A DNA stretch of 58,885 nt from a virus (Duplodnaviria > Caudoviricetes): IMG/VR virus record IMGVR_UViG_3300028840_003635, positions 1-58,885 of that record; one strand, 5' to 3'. How positions within the stretch are numbered: position 1 is the first letter of the stretch; each line of letters starts with the position of its first letter. Shown here piece after piece: positions 40,601-51,909 of the stretch. A program made the translations under genes and the position numbers. The notes beneath the pieces were generated by a model, which saw only the letters and a list, made by a program, of their open reading frames with translations, was not told where the DNA came from and made no database searches.

Positions 40601-43346
40601 ACTAGATCCTGATCATGCGTTACCTCCTATGGTCGGGAACGGATATAGATTAAATCCAGAAGAGGACAAAACTCAGGCATGGACAGGAGGATATTTTGGT
40701 CATGTAGATATAGGCTATGATATATTAGATCCTCAGGCAACATCTACTAGTGGAGATTATCATGATCTTTATGAAGAAATGATAAACGGAGGCGGACTGT
40801 CAAAAGCTCAATCCCATAAGTTAGATTTAACAGGATTAGGACAGGTTCCGGCAGTGGGAAATATGGCAGGAAGGTGGCTATTAAGCGATACTACTGATAA
40901 CGTCAAGTTTCCCGATAGCAGTCCTCATAATAATCATTTATATCTTACCGGAACTGCTACAACCTGTGATGATTGCTGGTTAGGAAAAGGCATTAAGATG
41001 GAGTCTCCCGTAACAGATAATGCATCTGCTTATCTATTAGGAGACGACCTTACAAAGTCAAACTCTGGTGATGCTCAGTTTGAAGAGAACAAAGAATTTA
41101 ATCTGTCAGACAGGTGGGATAATCATGGAGTTAGCGGATCGCACCTCTTTAAGTTTAACAACAAATACAGGCTTGCTTATACAGGAGAGGGGAAAGAGCC
41201 TTATGCAGAGACCGGAGAGATAGTAGGAGATTTATTTGAGACGTCTCTTATATCCCTTGTGAATAAAGATGTAACCTTCTCTGGAACTTTTTATATACCT
41301 ACAGGATGTCAGGTAAAACTTTATATGAGTTGGACTAAAAAGTCTAACTGGGTTGAACTGTATGCATCTTCTGTGGGAGCAGGAGCGGTTTCTTGGAGTG
41401 ATTCTTTTAACCTTCAGGACGGCATAACCGAATACGGATCTGACATTTCAGATTATAAATATTTTGTCAGGTGGAAACTTGAATTATTGAGTAACGATGA
41501 TCGGGATAAAAGTCCTATTATAAAATCATGGCAGGTAACTTATGATGAACCGGAATCAACTCCAACGGCAAAGTTTTTAGCAGAGCAGGATAAGAATACG
41601 GGGCACAGGGTTCCTGTTTACAGGGTTGTGTTATGGGATTCCATAAACAAATCTGATATTGATATTACAAGCAGGGTAAAACAGAACGGTATTTCTAATT
41701 TAACGCAAAGTATTCCTGTAACACCAGGGGAACTAGGGGAAATAATTGCAAGCGATGTTTCTATAAGGGTAGAGAATACAGATTATTATTTTTCAGAAAA
41801 CAATGATGGAACAAATTCAGGATATCCAGTATATAGTGTTGCAAGTGTGTTTTGGGATTCTACTACTGGTGCAACAAGAAATTATATTGAGGATGAAATA
41901 AGGGTTTATTCTGGTTTTGTTACAGCAGATTCTTTATGTGATAGCGTTGACGGAGAGTTTGAGGTAACGGGAAGGTTTTTAATAAACAAGGTTAAGGTTA
42001 TATCAGATGCAGAGGCGATAATTGAGTGCAGGTCTTTATTAAGAAAGCCTTTAGATACGATAGTTGGAGAGGAAGTTGATGGAGAATCAGACCCCTTGAT
42101 AAAGGATGGCAGGGTCAAGGATATTATGGAGGAATTGCTAACTGATTATAAGGACGGTAATGATAAAACTATCGGAGCTGGATTAAATCCAGAGGATGTT
42201 TTTATCGAGGATTTTGACAGAGAGTTTGGGAATATAGAAATATCTCAAATGTCAGTTGGAGAAGTCCTGCAGAAGCTGGCTCAGGCTTGTGATGGCGTTG
42301 TATATACTAATAATCAGGGAGATGTATATTTTAAAACATGGGCAAATCTATGCGAAGGAAGTTATGATATTGAAGGTGGAACTAATCTCAAAAGGGCACA
42401 ATATACAGGGCAGGACTATGATAGGCTGGTAAGGTCTGTATCTATAGGTGGAGAGGATAATATCCAGTCAACAGAAGAACAACCTTTTCTTGATATGGGA
42501 AGGGATATAAGTTTCGATAACGAATATTTACAGAGACAGAGTTGGGCTGATACTATCGCAGAGGATATCATAGACAGGTATGGTCTGAATGAAAGTTCTT
42601 TTGATTTAAAAACTGTATATCTTCCTTCTGTTAAAATATTAGATACTGTTCAGATAACTGAACCTGTTTCTGGAGTAACTTCCGAAAAGTATCTGGTTCA
42701 TAATTTTGTAAAAAATATAACTCTTTTTAAAGATGATTATAATTTGGTTAGCAACTTAGCAATAGATCCGAGCAAGGAGGTAGCAATGGCTACAGCAATT
42801 AAAACAACAGACCCCAGTGTTCTAACAAGGTTTGGTATCTTTGACAATATGTTCAAAGTTCCGGTGGGGAACGATTTGCCTCATTACATGACACATAGCG
42901 GGGAGCATTATGTTGCCAGTGAAGTGGTTAATGTGTCAACAACAACGAAAAAATGGATAGTAACAACTCCTAACACAACGAAATGGGGACATGCCTATTT
43001 TGATATACGGTGCACTGGAGAGCTTTCTGTTACTATAACAGAGGCGTCAGACAGGGACGGAGTTACTGCTGTTGATGCAACAAACAGGCAAAGGAACTCT
43101 GTTAATACGGCAGGGCTTACGGTATATAGCGGAACTTCAGGAGGATTGACAGATGGAGCGACAACCATCTTTCGGCAAAGAGACGGGGCAACGGGAATAC
43201 CAGGAAGGGTGCTTATTGCTTCAGGAGAAAGGGGTAACAACGAATTTGTATTGTTACAGAATACCAAGTATGTAGTAGCGGTAGAGACATTTGCGAACGT
43301 GTACGTGTCTTTTGCTCTGGATTGGTACGAGCATACAAGCGGATAA
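37629..43346 (+). CDS. Large tail tip/adhesion protein with glycoside-hydrolase-like beta-propeller repeats and a baseplate-hub-like region
   Basis: ILEP...WD..SV.QP.V...YMAY.G...IGFA.S.D...K..ENPYIEP blades; [23 protein letters not shown] hub motif. Confidence 0.65.
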   Translation: MSTTKTYNSITDWNDTDVHLTDINIGPQGDVPHGQASIKGDRWRHKRIGYAEAPYGRILSDVESAAIQAPYKDNTEASGATYIHILRTKGFNDNETIYIEDLDGNETATIVAVISNQSLQISGSLDNSYSRDRNYFVSTIQEIHIEKTDGFYAGDYVEITQPKGGNRSVVKIYAVDPDGEDDNETVLQVLRLPKEYREDDIVSVINTSSQWSRDEKNPIVILQRKNWWDYAGQNIKAPEIHLSVDIQEDSEENIISEKHGMWIGADREEDSSQIAMLLSKDKDNIYNWTDFLGAGNPQRPNPIVRHSHFKDRFDLQNYANATAMRKVWNTEDVTISVGLCQDDPTPDTAWMYADYTGSGEVWGLMPTPINADITTNYNNEISFAYKGDASNTEGTLAVKLLAADGTSEVYDFADINLKESGWTTLTADISDFAGRKYLRAFVFQITSAGSGTVNFDDIVPFMPPRCDEIIEDPSVVLGTDEGSFAAYYTGRERPRQILTANASLDGNSSGTVTVGSTSDFDVGDIVVMYDRSAYEMGRVRTVTDATHLVVEHIGYTEDTTAEFENDYETADQAMIANNSYRVNKIYGSFVLSKFEDKSQWVKYSTNETPTAILEPETEGTCWDSLSVKQPNVKLFGNQVYMAYVGECSDNTPSIGFARSSDFVNFTKLRENPYIEPTASKFDSNGCFHPDLNVRSPFTFLNYSGYDGTRYNIGSAVQNYSFHNGKLDFHVALLVFPLSCEGYPPDNGSVLFDMGNFRIEVDSRNLVSAHAYVDGRWIRTKDEVDADIKMENAFGTFLEWDRWNLVIGQFAGNKLGIVNVKAVPEVSIHEYFTYSPWVLDSDASANSSSVTLLRRDATIDDVVADQDIMFWGYGVGDYSNLVVHQIGRIASVVDNGDDTYTCNLERPIGPWGFESDPLFDVPHNQGVLLAQGISGTCDDFFSWARNNRVEYLTPSTDTNKIFNITRVLGKGGIDKYGNEALEKTVGGEGETILDPDHALPPMVGNGYRLNPEEDKTQAWTGGYFGHVDIGYDILDPQATSTSGDYHDLYEEMINGGGLSKAQSHKLDLTGLGQVPAVGNMAGRWLLSDTTDNVKFPDSSPHNNHLYLTGTATTCDDCWLGKGIKMESPVTDNASAYLLGDDLTKSNSGDAQFEENKEFNLSDRWDNHGVSGSHLFKFNNKYRLAYTGEGKEPYAETGEIVGDLFETSLISLVNKDVTFSGTFYIPTGCQVKLYMSWTKKSNWVELYASSVGAGAVSWSDSFNLQDGITEYGSDISDYKYFVRWKLELLSNDDRDKSPIIKSWQVTYDEPESTPTAKFLAEQDKNTGHRVPVYRVVLWDSINKSDIDITSRVKQNGISNLTQSIPVTPGELGEIIASDVSIRVENTDYYFSENNDGTNSGYPVYSVASVFWDSTTGATRNYIEDEIRVYSGFVTADSLCDSVDGEFEVTGRFLINKVKVISDAEAIIECRSLLRKPLDTIVGEEVDGESDPLIKDGRVKDIMEELLTDYKDGNDKTIGAGLNPEDVFIEDFDREFGNIEISQMSVGEVLQKLAQACDGVVYTNNQGDVYFKTWANLCEGSYDIEGGTNLKRAQYTGQDYDRLVRSVSIGGEDNIQSTEEQPFLDMGRDISFDNEYLQRQSWADTIAEDIIDRYGLNESSFDLKTVYLPSVKILDTVQITEPVSGVTSEKYLVHNFVKNITLFKDDYNLVSNLAIDPSKEVAMATAIKTTDPSVLTRFGIFDNMFKVPVGNDLPHYMTHSGEHYVASEVVNVSTTTKKWIVTTPNTTKWGHAYFDIRCTGELSVTITEASDRDGVTAVDATNRQRNSVNTAGLTVYSGTSGGLTDGATTIFRQRDGATGIPGRVLIASGERGNNEFVLLQNTKYVVAVETFANVYVSFALDWYEHTSG

Positions 43347-43359
43347 AAGGAGAATATTT

Positions 43360-45348
43360 ATGAAGCAACGCAAGCAGGAAAACGATGTATTTTGGTATGT
43401 AGTGATGATTTTATTGATTATTGCTATATTCTTGATGCTTTTGACTGCATGTAGTGCTGATGATTATTGGGTTTATATTGCTACCGAGACTAAACTTTCG
43501 GGTGCGGAAGGAACGCAGGCAATGGAGGGGGATATTGTTACCATCCTTCCTGCGAACAAGCAGTATAATCCAACAGAAGGCAGTGAGCAGACAAAACATT
43601 TTGCGATTGTCAAGATGTCGGGATTGACTAAAGAAGATGTTAAAAAGTATAAAGAAGCATGGAAAGACGATAAAGATAAAGTTATTCTCTACCGTAAATA
43701 TAAACTTACCGGATTAAAAACCATTGGACTTGACAAGAATGGGTTAAAAGAATCTATTATCAATTATTCATCTCCTTTGATTAAATCAAAATTCAAACAG
43801 AAAACCGATCTTGATAGAATGGCATGGCAAGTTCAAAAAGATAATTATGATAACAAAATGAAAGAGCATAGAGATTTTTTTCGTATGCTTGATTGTGTAA
43901 AACCTGCTTACGCACTTACTATAAACATTTCAGTTATTAACTCTGAAGTTGTAGGTGATGATTATGAAGATTTAAGTTCATGGGAATCGGCTACAGATAA
44001 TAACTTAGTGGGAACAACTACCATAGAACAAGCAGATTGCTATGATGATGATGGTGCGTTAGAGGACACTTGCTATATTGCAGGTGCAACGGTAAACAGT
44101 TCATACTATAGAATTATAACTGTACCTTCTGGCGACAGACACGATGGAACAGATCAGGGAGGTGGAGCTGCAGGAACGGGTTTTGAGTTTAATCTTGGAG
44201 GGCATTTCAGCTATTGCATCAGGACGTCAGAGGATTATGTAAAAATCGAGTGGGTAAAGTTTGACCTTGAGGCTTTTTGTACAAGTAATGCTATCTTAAA
44301 TTATAACGACCATGTTCATATTAAAAACTGTATCTTCTTCTCCGGAACCTGCGGATCTAATGCTGGAGTAAAACACAATGCTTATTATCAAGAATTAACA
44401 GTTGAAAACTGTCTCTTTCAGGACATAAACGGGACGGGTATTTCTGATGTTGATTCCCAGGCAAGCACCAGAACTTACACAAACAATACAGCCGTTGATT
44501 GTGCTACTGGATATGGAATAACTACAGGAGGGGCTTCTGTTACCCTGACAAATTGCTTAGGCTATGGGAATACTACAGCAGACTTTACCTGCGGAGCTAA
44601 TACCGTTTTAAATTACTGTGCATCTGATGACAGCACTGCTGACAATTATGGTGGCGGCGATAACAAGGTTGATATTAGCGATCCTTTTGAAAATTATGCA
44701 GGCAACGATTTCCATCTTGCATCCGATGACACTGAATGTAAGGATGCAGGGACAAGCATGAGCGGTGATTTCGTAGACGATTATGAAGGTGATACCCGAT
44801 CCGGTTCGTGGGATATAGGTTGTGATGAAGTCGTGGGAGTTGTGCCAACACCAACAATGACCATAACGGCAACCAATACTGAAACTCCGACAGAAACTGT
44901 AACAGCGACACCGACTAATACTCAAACTCCAACACTTACAACGACTAATACCGAAACTCCGACCGTAACGGCAACCAATACCGAGACACCAACTGAGACT
45001 CCGACACAGACACCGACCGCAACGGCAACAGCAACTGCAACACCAACATTTACTGTTACGGCAACTCCGACTAAAACAACTACTGCTACGCCAACTCAAA
45101 CTCAGACAGTAACAAGCACTGCGACAGTAACAAGCACGGCAACAGTAACAAGCACGGCAACACAGACTGCTACTTCAACGGTAACAGCAACCCCAAATAT
45201 ACCTGCAATATTTGAAGAAATAAATGTATACAGGTTTTACCCTTATGAAGAAAACGAATCTTTCAGGTTTTATCCTTACGAGGAGAAAGATCTGGATAGA
45301 GATTATCCTTATGAAGAAATAAATGTTTATAGTAACCACAGGAGGTAG
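43360..45348 (+). CDS. Secreted or virion beta-helix protein with mucin-like Thr/Pro repeats
   Basis: N-terminal hydrophobic segment, NC/NN beta-helix repeats, DFHL...DAG...WDIGCDE, about 120 aa of TPT/TAT repeats. Confidence 0.75.
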   Translation: MKQRKQENDVFWYVVMILLIIAIFLMLLTACSADDYWVYIATETKLSGAEGTQAMEGDIVTILPANKQYNPTEGSEQTKHFAIVKMSGLTKEDVKKYKEAWKDDKDKVILYRKYKLTGLKTIGLDKNGLKESIINYSSPLIKSKFKQKTDLDRMAWQVQKDNYDNKMKEHRDFFRMLDCVKPAYALTINISVINSEVVGDDYEDLSSWESATDNNLVGTTTIEQADCYDDDGALEDTCYIAGATVNSSYYRIITVPSGDRHDGTDQGGGAAGTGFEFNLGGHFSYCIRTSEDYVKIEWVKFDLEAFCTSNAILNYNDHVHIKNCIFFSGTCGSNAGVKHNAYYQELTVENCLFQDINGTGISDVDSQASTRTYTNNTAVDCATGYGITTGGASVTLTNCLGYGNTTADFTCGANTVLNYCASDDSTADNYGGGDNKVDISDPFENYAGNDFHLASDDTECKDAGTSMSGDFVDDYEGDTRSGSWDIGCDEVVGVVPTPTMTITATNTETPTETVTATPTNTQTPTLTTTNTETPTVTATNTETPTETPTQTPTATATATATPTFTVTATPTKTTTATPTQTQTVTSTATVTSTATVTSTATQTATSTVTATPNIPAIFEEINVYRFYPYEENESFRFYPYEEKDLDRDYPYEEINVYSNHRR

Positions 45349-45350
45349 CA

Positions 45351-45989
45351 ATGAATTTTGTAAGAAAGTATAAGTATCAGATAATGATTGGTGTAGTAAC
45401 TTTTATAGTAGCACACTTCTTAGCCTTGCTGGTGATAAGTAGTTTTGGATCAGGGTCTCAGGAGAGAGATGAATATGAATCTGTTTACAAACAAAAAACA
45501 AAATCTTATGGATTTCCTTTATTAAACAAGGACACTCACAGAGCATTAACCATAGACACCTCTAATGATGTTGTTAAGTTCAGGGTAAAGAAGAATGTAG
45601 AAGATGGATCTTACCAGATAGACAAGACCTGCACCTATGTAAAGAAGTTCACTTATTATGGTTTGAACGGGACTTTTAGTTCTTCCGCATCTGTAACAGG
45701 GGCAACATCCTCAGCGACAGGAACGCTAGAATATATTGACACTAAGGGCAATACCATGTATCTGTCAGGCATAACTGGAACCTTTCAGGACGGCGAAACT
45801 GTTTATGAGACTGCGAACACGATCTATGTAACACTGTCAGATGACGGGGTATGGATGGGAGTAACAACACTGTCCGCTACGGATACAAATTTAGATGCAG
45901 GAGATTATTTTGCTTACGTAGAATTAAGCAACGCATCTCTCAGCTATGATGAAGTTCTTTTAAAAAGCAAATGGAAGGTCGTTCAGTAA
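45351..45989 (+). CDS. Putative virion structural protein with N-terminal hydrophobic segment
   Basis: Ig/BppU-like LSATDTNLDAGDYFAYVE pattern; Thr/Gly-rich. Confidence 0.45.
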   Translation: MNFVRKYKYQIMIGVVTFIVAHFLALLVISSFGSGSQERDEYESVYKQKTKSYGFPLLNKDTHRALTIDTSNDVVKFRVKKNVEDGSYQIDKTCTYVKKFTYYGLNGTFSSSASVTGATSSATGTLEYIDTKGNTMYLSGITGTFQDGETVYETANTIYVTLSDDGVWMGVTTLSATDTNLDAGDYFAYVELSNASLSYDEVLLKSKWKVVQ

Positions 45990-46008
45990 ACGCCTGTAAA
46001 CATTGACA

Positions 46009-46023
46009 TGGCACAATATTTGC
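46009..46023 (+). promoter_or_regulatory. Sigma-54 (-24/-12) promoter motif heading the glycosylation cluster
   Basis: TGGCACAATATTTGC. Confidence 0.75.
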
Positions 46024-46075
46024 ATATAGAAAGTAGTATTATGGTAGTTATCGAACCAAGCTAAAAGGAGAAAAA

Positions 46076-47008
46076 ATGTTCTGGTTGAAAAGGGTAGGCG
46101 GAGAGAGCAAGTCAAACAAGGTAAGAATCACTGATGTCGGAACATTTGAGCTAGAAAACAACTATATTTGCGTTGAGCATGTTCAGGATGCTGATTTTTT
46201 AATATCTGAACATGGACGTAATTTAACAGGGATGGTATTTGAAAAAGTCGAAGATCCCAAACTTCCCGAAAAGCCAATTAAGAAAGAACAAATATTTGTA
46301 AATACTTATAAAAAGGAGAAAATGATTGTGAACCCAAATAGGAACGTATTGATTGTTACCGCCTTTACAAAAGGGTATGATCTTGTTTCTGAATATTTGC
46401 ATCCTGTTTCTAATTATCACTATTTATGCTATACAAATGATTATAAATTTACTTCTGATTTTTTTGTAGTTTCACGATTGCCGGAAGGGAAAACACCAGA
46501 AGAAAATGTTAGGCTCGCAAGGGGGATAAAGTTAAACCTTTCCGACCATTTAACTGTATCTGATTATGATTATATCATCTGGCTAGATGCTAATTGTTCT
46601 TTTATAAGAGAAGTGGATTCTTTAATTGATGACTTAGGAGATGATGATGTTGCAATATTTGGACACAGAGAAAGAAATTGCCTTTATTCAGAGGCAAAAG
46701 CGTGTATTAGGTATAAGAAGGATTCTCAGAGCGTTATAAACAAGCAGGTAAAAAAATACAAGAAAGAGGGGTTTCCTAGCAATTATGGTATGTGGGCAAC
46801 CCATTGCATTGTATATAGACCTACTAGGGAAGCTCTAAGTTTTTTTAAGATTTGGTATGCGGAAGTTACAAACCACTCATATAGAGATCAAATAAGCCTG
46901 CCGTATGCTTTAAAAAAAAGCAAAGTAAAATTTCATACACTGTTAAATGCAGAAATTTTTAGTGTAGAATGGTTTAAGTATGTATCTATAAGAGGGCATT
47001 GTGTTTAA
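46076..47008 (+). CDS. DUF616 (TOD1/MUCI70-like) glycosyltransferase-like protein
   Basis: IWLDAN, HRERNCLYSEA and RDQISLPY motifs. Confidence 0.8.
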   Translation: MFWLKRVGGESKSNKVRITDVGTFELENNYICVEHVQDADFLISEHGRNLTGMVFEKVEDPKLPEKPIKKEQIFVNTYKKEKMIVNPNRNVLIVTAFTKGYDLVSEYLHPVSNYHYLCYTNDYKFTSDFFVVSRLPEGKTPEENVRLARGIKLNLSDHLTVSDYDYIIWLDANCSFIREVDSLIDDLGDDDVAIFGHRERNCLYSEAKACIRYKKDSQSVINKQVKKYKKEGFPSNYGMWATHCIVYRPTREALSFFKIWYAEVTNHSYRDQISLPYALKKSKVKFHTLLNAEIFSVEWFKYVSIRGHCV

Positions 47009-47525
47009 GATAAAAAAGAGCGTGGAAATAAAAAAGAACGGACACCTGTGCTTCGACTTTGGGTGTGGAAAGAGTAAAAAGAAGGGGTATGTGGGAGTAG
47101 ACTGTCAAGATTTTGAATGTGTTGATATCGTGTCTGATGTAAATGGATTTAAAAATATACCAGGGAGTTCAGCTTGCAGAATTCATTCGTGCCATTTTAT
47201 AGAGCACCTAGGGCACGATGATGTATTTTTTGTTTTAAAGCAATGGATGAGAATACTTGAGAGTAGGGGGATTTTAACAATTTATTTCCCAGACATTAGC
47301 TTGGTTATACCAGAAACAAACATAAAAATTGCCATAAATCATGTGTGGGGTTCCAGAAAGGATCAATATGATTACCACAAGACATTCTGGACTGCCAGAT
47401 CGATGATGTTTATGTTGCAATATGTCGGGTATGCTAACGTAAGAACAATACCTTACTTTGGGAAGCTACATCCATACAAAGGAGACATGGCTTGGACTTC
47501 AGGAGTGGAAGGAATTAAAAAATGA
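47001..47525 (+). CDS. Class I SAM-dependent methyltransferase
   Basis: DFGCG, HFIEHL and RILESRG motifs. Confidence 0.8.
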   Translation: MFKIKKSVEIKKNGHLCFDFGCGKSKKKGYVGVDCQDFECVDIVSDVNGFKNIPGSSACRIHSCHFIEHLGHDDVFFVLKQWMRILESRGILTIYFPDISLVIPETNIKIAINHVWGSRKDQYDYHKTFWTARSMMFMLQYVGYANVRTIPYFGKLHPYKGDMAWTSGVEGIKK

Positions 47526-48202
47526 TAAATAAACGACCTTTAAAATTTTACGTTGATAAAATAAAAAATAATGAAGTCTTTAGCTTTTCGAGATATGGAG
47601 ACGGTGAATGGATATATATGACCTGCCCTTCTGGCAGAACCAGAATAAATAAAGAAATGGACTACTTCCCAGAAGCAGCCGAATCTTTAAGAAAAACAAT
47701 TTTGTTTCCGAAAGCAAGTTCTTCTTATTTTTATGGGCTTCAAAGATTAGCTCTAAAGATGTTTGCTGACAAAATACCATCCACTATTGACTGGCATGGA
47801 AGTGATTTATTTCATCATGCTTCGATAAGTGGAGCATTGTCGCCCTTAATAGCTTCTATTGTTGAGAAAGATGTTGTTTTTGTTGGACCTAGGTATTTAA
47901 AAAATATAAATAGCATCATTCCTTACGTGGATTTTATAGAGATAGACGGTAAAAATTGTTATACGCAAATACATGATATATTAAAAAGAATAAAAGATAC
48001 AAAGAGAGAATCTGGCAATATGATATATAGTTTTTCTGCCGGTGCATTTACAAACATTATGATTTATAAGCTGTATGATGAGATGAAAAATAACTGGCTT
48101 ATAGATTTTGGATCGGTATGGGACCCTTATGTTAATCAAAACACAAGGGGTTATCATAAAAAAATGACCAGGGACTTAATAAGTATAAATACAGGAGGCT
48201 AG
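47522..48202 (+). CDS. GT-D-fold (DUF1792-like) glycosyltransferase
   Basis: SRYGDGE and IDFGSVWD motifs. Confidence 0.7.
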   Translation: MINKRPLKFYVDKIKNNEVFSFSRYGDGEWIYMTCPSGRTRINKEMDYFPEAAESLRKTILFPKASSSYFYGLQRLALKMFADKIPSTIDWHGSDLFHHASISGALSPLIASIVEKDVVFVGPRYLKNINSIIPYVDFIEIDGKNCYTQIHDILKRIKDTKRESGNMIYSFSAGAFTNIMIYKLYDEMKNNWLIDFGSVWDPYVNQNTRGYHKKMTRDLISINTGG

Positions 48203-48205
48203 TTT

Positions 48206-48898
48206 GTGGTAATATCTATAATTATTGCTCACTATGGAAACAGCAAATACCTAGAAGATTGTTTACTTTCGATAGAGCAAAACACATATATACCTCATGA
48301 GGTTATAACGGTCAACACCGAAAAACCCAGAATATCTGTGGCTGAGGCGTGGAACGAAGGGATAGAGTCGGCTACAGGGGAAATTGTTGTTATTTTAAAT
48401 GACGATACCCTAGTATCAGAATTTTGGTTGTCTAGGTTGTATTGGTATTTGCAGGCAATAGATAATGCTATGGTTTCGACCCCGTCTACATCTAAATGTG
48501 CAAGCATTATATATACGGAACTCTATGACAAAATGAAACCTGATGTAAAATCAACAGCAGATGTAAATAGATTTAACAAAATAGTGTCTAAATATTACGG
48601 TCTCTCATACAAAAAACTAGCAAGCCATGAAGTTACAGGGTTTTGTGCAATGTTTAGAAAGAAGGATTGGGAGTTAGCTGGTAAGTTTTACAAGGGGTTC
48701 AAATATGCTTATGGAGAAGAAAACGATTTTTTTGACAAGTTATCAAAAAAAAAGAAAGGTGTGTTTGTTTTAGCGAGCGGGGTGTATGTTCATCACTTCA
48801 AAGGGAAAACTACAGAGAGGGTAAAGGATTTAGACCTTATTGCATGTAAGGCATTATATGAAAGGAGAAGGCATGAGCGAAGAAAAAAAACAACATAA
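48206..48898 (+). CDS. GT2 glycosyltransferase
   Basis: ISIII, AWNEG, LNDD and GEEND motifs. Confidence 0.85.
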   Translation: MVISIIIAHYGNSKYLEDCLLSIEQNTYIPHEVITVNTEKPRISVAEAWNEGIESATGEIVVILNDDTLVSEFWLSRLYWYLQAIDNAMVSTPSTSKCASIIYTELYDKMKPDVKSTADVNRFNKIVSKYYGLSYKKLASHEVTGFCAMFRKKDWELAGKFYKGFKYAYGEENDFFDKLSKKKKGVFVLASGVYVHHFKGKTTERVKDLDLIACKALYERRRHERRKKTT

Positions 48899-49442
48899 AA
48901 TAATAGTAGGTGGTATAGGAAGAACGGGTTCAACTGCTTTAATGTGTATTCTTTCTTATCTAGAGTTAGGGACTGGATTTGGGAAATATTCTTATCGAAA
49001 CGAATATATTAACAAACTATTTTTTCTTGAGGGCAGAGAAGAAGCCTATATATATAAAGAGAACGAAAACGCTGGACTTATTCCTGAAAGGTTTGATAAA
49101 TATATTGTAGATTATTTTATATTTTTACAGAGAGATATAAACAAGGCAGCAGCCAGCAGGGTTAGGAAACATCAAGAGGGTTACTGGATGGGGGGATTAA
49201 CAGCCGATACTGAATGGAAGCCTGAAAGACAAAATGCTATTTTATTAGGGAAATATAAATCTCTCAAGAGGTATTTAGAGAAGAGAGACGTCCCTGTGGT
49301 TGAAATAATTTACCCAGACTTTATAAAGGATGTTGATTATTTATATGAAAAATTGCTTTTGCCGTTTCCTTGCCTTGAAAAAGACAGGTTAAAAAAGGCT
49401 TTTGATTTAATAATCTATAAAGATACGGAGGGATATAAATGA
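48873..49442 (+). CDS. Sulfotransferase-like P-loop protein
   Basis: GIGRTGSTAL (PAPS-binding-like loop) and R...AAS motif. Confidence 0.55.
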   Translation: MSEEKKQHKIIVGGIGRTGSTALMCILSYLELGTGFGKYSYRNEYINKLFFLEGREEAYIYKENENAGLIPERFDKYIVDYFIFLQRDINKAAASRVRKHQEGYWMGGLTADTEWKPERQNAILLGKYKSLKRYLEKRDVPVVEIIYPDFIKDVDYLYEKLLLPFPCLEKDRLKKAFDLIIYKDTEGYK

Positions 49443-50062
49443 GAATAGCGGTATTAACTTGCGATAAGTATAATTTTTTGATTCCCTATTTCTGGCATTT
49501 TTTTAAAAAGAATTTTCCAGACAATCCGTATCCTGTAGACTTTGTAACTGAGACAGAGAGAATATATTTTGGGGACAATGTTTTCTATGGCGGGAAAAAT
49601 CTATGGTCAACTCTTTTGCAAAATTATCTAAAAACAGTAACAGATGACAAGATACTGATTTTATTTGATGATTACATGATTTATGGTGTAGATCTCAAAA
49701 AAACAAAGGAAGCGGAAAGTCTGTGCTGTGGGGAGGTAGGCTGTATAAATTTAATCAAAATGAATTGTGAAAAGGCTCTCGTTTATCCTGACGGGATGGA
49801 TGGATATCTTACCAAAGATTTTAACTCAGAGATAACTACCGGATGTCAGGCTACAATTTGGCAAAAAGATTATCTCAAGGAAGTTTATCCTGAAGGTAGA
49901 GATAGTTGGAAAGCAGAGACATACGGATACAGAAAAATGAAAACTCTGAACAAAAAGGTTTTATATTCAACCACTCCCATATTTTCTTATGTGCATGGTG
50001 GTTGCATGATAAAAGGCAATAAGGTCGATGCAGTATTTAAACAAATGGCGGAGAAATGGTAA
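49439..50062 (+). CDS. GT-A-fold glycosyltransferase-like protein
   Basis: TCDKY, ILFDDY, QATIW and WKAE motifs; cluster context. Confidence 0.55.
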   Translation: MRIAVLTCDKYNFLIPYFWHFFKKNFPDNPYPVDFVTETERIYFGDNVFYGGKNLWSTLLQNYLKTVTDDKILILFDDYMIYGVDLKKTKEAESLCCGEVGCINLIKMNCEKALVYPDGMDGYLTKDFNSEITTGCQATIWQKDYLKEVYPEGRDSWKAETYGYRKMKTLNKKVLYSTTPIFSYVHGGCMIKGNKVDAVFKQMAEKW

Positions 50063-51147
50063 TGGAATGGACAGATGCATATAATCCTTTTAATAGTTTT
50101 AAAGTTTTAGTATGGTCTAAGCAGTTACAGAACCTTGCAAATGGGAAGATTCCTTTGCCCGTAACTGTAGATACAGATCCAACAACAAGATGCAATTATA
50201 ACTGCATATGGTGTAATGCTCAGAAATATAGAGCAAAAGGACAACATACCCTGTCCGAAGAGCAGTTAGATAACCTAGTAAATATATACTCTAAGATGGG
50301 AGTTAAATCTACTTGTATTGCAGGAGGTGGCGAACCCACTTTAAACCCGCACCTTGCAAACTTTATAACAAGTCTACATGTGAACAACATAGAGACAGGG
50401 ATAATAACAAACGGATCTTCGATGACGAAAGAACAATTAGTGTCTATTGCAGAAGGGTCAAGGTGGTGCGGATTCTCTGTAGACGCTGGTAATGCGGGGA
50501 CTTATGTTAAGGTTAAGGGAATAAAAGACAGAAAATATTTCAGGATAGTCATTAAAAACATAGAATCTCTGTGTAATTTGATTCAAAAGTTTAACCTGAA
50601 ACCTAAGTGTGAAGTTGCTTTTAAGTTTTTAGTATCCCCTGACAACATCAACAGCATATACGAAGCAACGAGAGTTGCCAGGGAATGTGGAGTAGACCAT
50701 TTCCATTTAAGACCTGCCTGTGTTGATAACTTAGAGTCTTTTATTGCTCACAAGAGGTATATGTTTCATAGCTATTTAGAGACGTTTTCTGTAGAGACTG
50801 AAAAGGCAAGGAGGCTGGAAACTAAGGACTTTAAAGTGTATGTTGTAAAGCATAAGTTTAACAATTTTTTAGGCAGAAAGGTGGGTTTTAAAAAATGCAG
50901 GGCAACTCCCCTGCTTGCAACATTCGGAGCTGATGGGTATTGCCATCTATGTTTTGACCTTCGGGGTAAAGAAGATTTTATTATGTGTAAACATGAAGAT
51001 ATCATGGATTTTTGGGGGAGTGATAGGCATATCGAGATGATTGACTCAATAGATCCTGAAAAGTGTCCGAGGTGCACCTTTGGAGCTTATAACGAAATTA
51101 TAGAGAAGGTTTTTATTGAGGACAAGATGTGCAAGAATTTTCCATAA
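50056..51147 (+). CDS. Radical SAM protein with C-terminal SPASM/twitch-like Cys domain
   Basis: CNYNCIWC, GGGEP, C...ADG..CHLC...CPRC. Confidence 0.9.
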   Translation: MVMEWTDAYNPFNSFKVLVWSKQLQNLANGKIPLPVTVDTDPTTRCNYNCIWCNAQKYRAKGQHTLSEEQLDNLVNIYSKMGVKSTCIAGGGEPTLNPHLANFITSLHVNNIETGIITNGSSMTKEQLVSIAEGSRWCGFSVDAGNAGTYVKVKGIKDRKYFRIVIKNIESLCNLIQKFNLKPKCEVAFKFLVSPDNINSIYEATRVARECGVDHFHLRPACVDNLESFIAHKRYMFHSYLETFSVETEKARRLETKDFKVYVVKHKFNNFLGRKVGFKKCRATPLLATFGADGYCHLCFDLRGKEDFIMCKHEDIMDFWGSDRHIEMIDSIDPEKCPRCTFGAYNEIIEKVFIEDKMCKNFP

Positions 51148-51159
51148 GGAGAACAAATA

Positions 51160-51909
51160 ATGAATAAAGTAGCAATAATGCTTCCTGTTTATAATGCAGA
51201 AAATACATTGCAAAGATGCATAGATAGCTTAAAAAATCAAACATATCAAGATTATGTTGTGATGGCACGAGATGATGGGTCTACAGATAGCAGCCTTAAG
51301 ATATTAAAGTCTAATGAGTCTGATAAGATAAAAGTGTTTAGCAATATCAAAAATTTAGGATGTGTCCTCAATAGAAACAAGATCTTAGAGGATTCTCTTG
51401 CAATAAAAGATGTAGCATATATAGCCATACAGGATGCTGATGATTGGAGTGAACCAAACAGAATAGAAAAACAGGTCGAGTTCTTAGAAAAAAACAAAGA
51501 ATATGGAGTTTGCGGGACATGGTATTACTGGCATGATGTTAAAGATAGAGGGCAGTCTATAAAAGCAATAAAGACATTAACAGAGGACGTTGAGATAAGG
51601 AGAATGCAGTATTTTGGTAGCCAGGCATGTCATGGAAGTTATGTTATCAGGAGAGAAGTATATAATGACGTTGGATTTTATGACCCCTATTTTGTTTGGA
51701 GCCATGACAACGACTGGCTAACCAGGTTGCTTTACGGAAAAAAATGGAAGGTATGTACAATCCCGGAGAACCTATATCATGTGTGGGTAACTGAATATAC
51801 TCACTCTAAAACAAACGAAAGAAATATTTATAAACAGAAGCAAAGGTATAAAAGGTATTGTGAATCTGTCGGAGTAAAATATGAAGAAAAATATTGGAGA
51901 AGGATATGA
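51160..51909 (+). CDS. GT2 glycosyltransferase
   Basis: LPVYNAE, DDGSTD and QDADD motifs. Confidence 0.92.
   Translation: MNKVAIMLPVYNAENTLQRCIDSLKNQTYQDYVVMARDDGSTDSSLKILKSNESDKIKVFSNIKNLGCVLNRNKILEDSLAIKDVAYIAIQDADDWSEPNRIEKQVEFLEKNKEYGVCGTWYYWHDVKDRGQSIKAIKTLTEDVEIRRMQYFGSQACHGSYVIRREVYNDVGFYDPYFVWSHDNDWLTRLLYGKKWKVCTIPENLYHVWVTEYTHSKTNERNIYKQKQRYKRYCESVGVKYEEKYWRRI

Noticed and set aside
46076-46290. Resemblance of the DUF616 N-terminus to the small protein after the capsid gene (VRIT)
   Set aside because: Only a four-residue match; not supportable without alignment statistics.
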